A stretch of DNA of 62,531 bases, filler included. It is 14 parts of 14 records of this genome, joined end to end, with 100 filler letters (N's around TTAATTAATTAA, not from the genome) between each part and the next. Parts side by side here need not be neighbours in the genome. Positions count along the whole stretch, not along the records: positions 58,285 to 62,531 come from SRR7504441_76352; 13 more parts are not named here. The stretch is one strand, 5' to 3'. Within the stretch, counting starts at the first letter, position 1; each line of letters begins with the position of its first letter. The notes under the pieces are model-generated. The model searched no databases, was not told the DNA's origin, and was given only the letters and a program-made list of their open reading frames with translations. Position numbers and translations under genes: made by a program. Positions 58,452-62,531 of the stretch are shown piece after piece.

Positions 58452-59699
58452 GTGGCGCTGCTGATGGACCAGGACGGCTCCGGTCCGATCCGGACGCTCT
58501 GCATGGCGACTTCCGGGCCCGATTGCGACTTTCGGGCGGTGCGACTCGACCGGCGGCCGCTCGGCCGATGCGACGTGCTGATACAAATGAAGTATTGCGG
58601 GGTGTGTCATAGCGACCTGCACAAGGCGGCTGGGCACAACGCCGGGGTGGGGGCCACTGAGTACCCTTGCGTGCCCGGGCACGAGCTGGCTGGGGTGTGT
58701 GTAGACGTGGGGTCTGACGTGTCCAGAGTGCGGTTGGGCGACCACGTGGGGGTCGGATGCCTGGTGGACTCGTGCCAGACGTGCAGCAAGTGCCGGGCCG
58801 GCGAGGAACAGTACTGCCGCGGCAAGGTTTCAACCTACGGTGGATACGATAACGGGAGCGGCCGGGCGGCGACCTACCCGGCGGGCCGGCAGACGCTGGG
58901 CGGTTACACTTCGCTGATGGTGGTGGACGAGAGGTTTGCGATCATCGTGCCGCCGGAGCTGCCGCTCGAGTACGCCGGGCCTGTAATGTGCGCCGGAATA
59001 ACAATGTTCGATCCGCTAAAGAAGTACGAGGTCGGGCCTGGCAGCGCTGTCGGGATCGTGGGGCTCGGCGGGCTCGGGCAGATGGGGATCAAGCTGGCGC
59101 GGGCGCTCGGCTGTGCGGTGACGGTCATATCGCGCACGGCTAGCAAGGAGGGGTATGCGAGGGACTGTGGCGCCGAGAGGTTTGTACTCTCGAGCTGTGC
59201 GAGAAAGGCAGCAGAGGCTGAAGGGACGCTTGATCTCATCCTGAACACGGTGCCGAGTTATCACGACTATTGTCAGTATAACCGACTGCTCAAGCCCGGC
59301 CAGGGGGCTAAGCAAGTCCTGCTAGGGCTTCACAAGGGGATCGGCGCTGCGCTGGTGGTAGATTCGCTCTGCTGTGGCTCCAAGGTGGGGATGAGTGCGA
59401 TTGGGGGGGTGGCGAATACACAGGAGGTGGTGAACCTGTGCGCGGAGCACGGGATTCGGCCCGATATCAAAGTGGTGCCAGTCACAGAGCTGAATCAGGT
59501 ATACTCGCGGCTTGATCGGGGTAATGAGGAGAACCTGCGGTATGTCCTAGACTTGGAGAACACGCTCACGGAAGAGCTGTGCGACCACTACCCGGAGGAT
59601 ATCGCACCGCCGACGCTGGCACCTTTCAGCGGGGGCATATCAGTTTGCGGGGTGCTGGGCGAGTGCTTGTGGTTGCTTTGCTGTTGCAAGATTTGCTGA
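58452..59699 (+). CDS. Zn-dependent NADP alcohol dehydrogenase (CAD/YahK-like); intronless; first ATG at 58464
   Basis: YCGVCHSDLH, PGHE, GVGCLVDSCQTCSKC..EQYC, GPVMCAGITM, GLGGLG, RYVLD. Confidence 0.92.
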   Translation: MALLMDQDGSGPIRTLCMATSGPDCDFRAVRLDRRPLGRCDVLIQMKYCGVCHSDLHKAAGHNAGVGATEYPCVPGHELAGVCVDVGSDVSRVRLGDHVGVGCLVDSCQTCSKCRAGEEQYCRGKVSTYGGYDNGSGRAATYPAGRQTLGGYTSLMVVDERFAIIVPPELPLEYAGPVMCAGITMFDPLKKYEVGPGSAVGIVGLGGLGQMGIKLARALGCAVTVISRTASKEGYARDCGAERFVLSSCARKAAEAEGTLDLILNTVPSYHDYCQYNRLLKPGQGAKQVLLGLHKGIGAALVVDSLCCGSKVGMSAIGGVANTQEVVNLCAEHGIRPDIKVVPVTELNQVYSRLDRGNEENLRYVLDLENTLTEELCDHYPEDIAPPTLAPFSGGISVCGVLGECLWLLCCCKIC

Positions 59700-59878
59700 A
59701 AACGGCTCACAAGTTTTCACATCAATCTGGATGCTATGGTTTAGCCTAAGGGTTCTGACCGAATACTCGCAATAATTATGCTTTGTAGCCGCATTCTCCA
59801 GATAATCACCGTGTGCGTCTCAACGCAACTTTAGTCAGTTTGATTCGGTATGCAACCCGTCTAATCATTCATGATCAT

Positions 59879-60673
59879 TTAATCAAACATCGGACCGTAG
59901 CCCAGGCCCCCACACGCTTCACTTTGGTTCATTGCGCGTGCAAAGGGCGATATGTACACCCCTGTTTCATTGCGCGTGGGACAACGCCGGCCGGCGGATT
60001 GGTACTGGAGACTGGCAGGTGAATGAGCTAGCACGTAGTTGCGGTTCCATTCAGCGAGGCGTGTCACCGCCTTCAGCATCGCATCAGGCGAGCAATGGCA
60101 GCCGAGCGCATCCCACCGCAAGCTGCCGAACACAGCACGCAGCCAATGGTCGACCGCGCCAGAGTATTTCCCTTCGCCCATCCCTGGTGGGCAATGCACC
60201 CGATACTGATCGATCTGGTACCTACGGTCAGGAAGCGCCTCCTGTAATAGCCTGGCATCAATCCGGATCGCCCCCATGAACACATCCGACGGTCCGGTCG
60301 GCTGTATCAGGAGGTGCACCCGGTCCCACCAACAGCCCGGGGCGAGCAGCTGCCGCAGGTTGTATCCTTCCTGTAGAAACACCTCGCGCCGGAGCTCTTG
60401 GGCCTCAAACTGTCCGTTGGCCGGGGAAACCAGCCGCCACCACTCGCAGCAGACCAGCGCCGCTAGGCCGAGCCGCTCCTTTGGCAGCTGCTCCAGCACC
60501 ATGCAGCTGAACCGGGGCTGGGCGATCAGGCTGCTCTGGACGTCCAGCACGCGCGGGGTGGCCAGGGAGGCCCAGCTCGCCGGCGTGGCCGAGCAGACGG
60601 CTGTTGCGGGCCGGGCGGGCGGCGGCGCGCTCTTCGGGGCGATGGGCACCAGGCGGGGCCGCAGGCGTGGCAT
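59879..60673 (-). CDS. F-box-like protein
   Basis: MVLEQLPKERLGLAALVCCEWWRLV fits the F-box consensus (I..L...L.....VCK.W). Confidence 0.6.
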   Translation of the reverse strand: MPRLRPRLVPIAPKSAPPPARPATAVCSATPASWASLATPRVLDVQSSLIAQPRFSCMVLEQLPKERLGLAALVCCEWWRLVSPANGQFEAQELRREVFLQEGYNLRQLLAPGCWWDRVHLLIQPTGPSDVFMGAIRIDARLLQEALPDRRYQIDQYRVHCPPGMGEGKYSGAVDHWLRAVFGSLRWDALGCHCSPDAMLKAVTRLAEWNRNYVLAHSPASLQYQSAGRRCPTRNETGVYISPFARAMNQSEACGGLGYGPMFD

Positions 60674-60737
60674 GATCTCCGCGTGCGGTGCTCCTGAACC
60701 GCGAACCGGCGGCCGTTGCAGCTCATCCACAGCGAGG

Positions 60738-62531
60738 ATGGTGACGGGAGGTCCGCTGCCCAGCCAGCTCGCCGGGGCGGAGCGGAGCGGGCTGCTGGTA
60801 GCCCGCACCACCCGCCTGTTCCCCGAGGGCCAGCCCAGGCGCCCGCCCCCCCTGTGCTGGCGCTCAGGCGCGCCGTCCAGGCACCTCAGACCGTTCGGCG
60901 TGGCGGGGCACAGCCGCCGAAACCAACAGCCTAGCGAGCGCTACAGCACCGAGCCGCACCCGCCACGGGTGCGCCCAGGCGGTCGGGTGGTCGGGCGAGC
61001 CGGGCGGCAGCGCGATTGGTTTTACCTGGCGGAGATGGTCAAAGCGGGAAGCTACGAGGGCCGGAGCTCCACCCAGGCCATCACCGCCCAAGGCGCCCAG
61101 CTCCATGCCAGCGGCCTGACCCGTGGGCAGACGCCGGGCTGGTGGGCGACGATCACGGGATAACGGACTTCCTGGCGGCGCTCGGGCGTAGCCAAACTGT
61201 GGTCTCTCTGGACCTCAGCACCAACTGCCTCGGTGGCGGCCGGCCGCCCGCCGGTCTCACGGGCTTGGCAGGCGCCAACCCGAGCCATCGCGAGTCTGCC
61301 GAGCCGTTTGCCGCCCGTCTGGCCGAGGCCGTGACGGTGCACCGCTAGAATGGGTGCGGGCTGATCAGGGGGGGGGGCTAGCGGAGCGGATCACTCGAGC
61401 GATTGGATTTAAGTGCCAACTTCCTCCGCGATCAGGGGGTGCTATTGCTCACGGACATCCTCACCCAGACCCAGCTCCGGTCGGCCCCGCCGGCTCCATG
61501 GCTGACTGTGTCTCCAGGAGCCTTGCCGTTCAGTCGAATGCGTTCGGACTCCGAGCTGCAGAAGGGCTAGGCAGAGCGCTTAAGGTGTCCTAGGCCGGGC
61601 CAAGCGGGACCGGTTGGGCAGCTGTCCTACGGGCTTACCGCGCTCGATGTCAGCCACAACCCTATCGGGCCGGCTGGCTGTGCGAAGCTCTGTGAGGGCC
61701 TGGCGGTGTGTAAGTCTCTGGCTAAGCTCGACGTGTCGGACTGCGGGATCCGGGACGAGGGCGCGGCCTCTCTCGGCCGGGCGCTGAAGCTGACGCTGGC
61801 ACTGAGTGACGTGGACATGAGTGCGAATGAGGTTGTGGCGGTGAAGGAGATCGCGGAGGCAATCACGACCTCATGTTCTCTCAGACGGTTAGACTTGCGC
61901 CGCAACCCGATCGGAACTTGCGAGCTCAGCTGCGCCCAGCTCGGCGACAGCCTCCGGTGCGGCCGGGCAGTGCGTGGGGTGAGCCGGGAGCAGGCTGAGT
62001 GGGTGCCTGGAGCACTTGGACCTCGGATTTACTATGCTCTCTGTTTGCACTGCAGCGCCGATCGTGGCTGGCCTGGCCCGTAGCAGGTTGTTGATCGATC
62101 TGCCGCAGCTTGACTCACACAGGAGCGCAGGTCTTTGCAGACGGTCAACCTGGAGAGCAACGACCTCGGTCCGACTATTGGGAGGGCCGTAGCGCACTCG
62201 TTCAAGCCAGGCGAGCTCTGCTGCTATCGTGACGGATCTGAGCCACGGAACAGGGCCACTACGCACTCTGTCGCTAGAGGACTGCATGCTGGGTGTGGGT
62301 GCCGTAGAGCTGATTCGATCGCTCGCGCCGCCCGGTGCGCAGGCTGATTACACTGTGGTGTTTGATGGCTGGTTTGTAGGGGTTGAGATCAATTTGCAGT
62401 GCAATCAGAACGAGCTCGACGAAGCAGCGACCGCAGACCTCAGGATGAGCCAGCAGGCTAGGGTCAATACCGAGCAGGCTGAGGCCGCGGAGTCTGGCAA
62501 ATTCTCGCTGCAGTGGTCTGAGCTGTCTGAG
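60738..62531 (+). CDS. RI-like (RNI/NLRC3-type) LRR protein; multi-exon; start uncertain; runs off the window
   Basis: LDLSTNCLG, LDVSHNPIGPAGCAKLCEGL, LDVSDCGIRDEGAASLGRAL, LRRLDLRRNPIG, VNLESNDLG. Confidence 0.75.

Overview
Not one chromosome segment: this is 14 short contigs joined by 13 artificial 100-nt linkers (N44-TTAATTAATTAA-N44), so adjacency across a linker means nothing. The DNA looks like a GC-rich, gene-dense unicellular eukaryote (probably a MAG or single-cell assembly; I cannot assign the lineage). It has many short (mostly 35-60 nt) spliceosomal introns and very short divergent promoters. Recognisable genes: MCM7, GST, PPAT (CoA synthesis), GH3 glycosidase, ZRANB3-like SNF2-HNH, Hsp70 fragment, PP2C, Gfo/Idh/MocA oxidoreductase, CAD-family ADH, a ZNFX1-like helicase and a Pls-type NRPS fragment, plus LRR, Cys-rich and coiled-coil proteins. 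Most interesting: (1) many introns carry near-perfect 8-14-nt copies of the adjacent exon, suggesting introns made or remodelled by local tandem duplication; (2) an intronless CDK-like kinase fused to its own cyclin box; (3) a ZNFX1-like helicase ending in a degenerate PARP-like domain; (4) a 7TM-TKL kinase fusion; (5) a Pls-like NRPS tail-to-tail with a histidine-degenerate fatty-acid-hydroxylase-like protein; (6) several GC-AG introns. All exon models and domain calls are by eye and need HMM and RNA-seq confirmation. No rRNA, tRNA, CRISPR array or clear transposon was seen.
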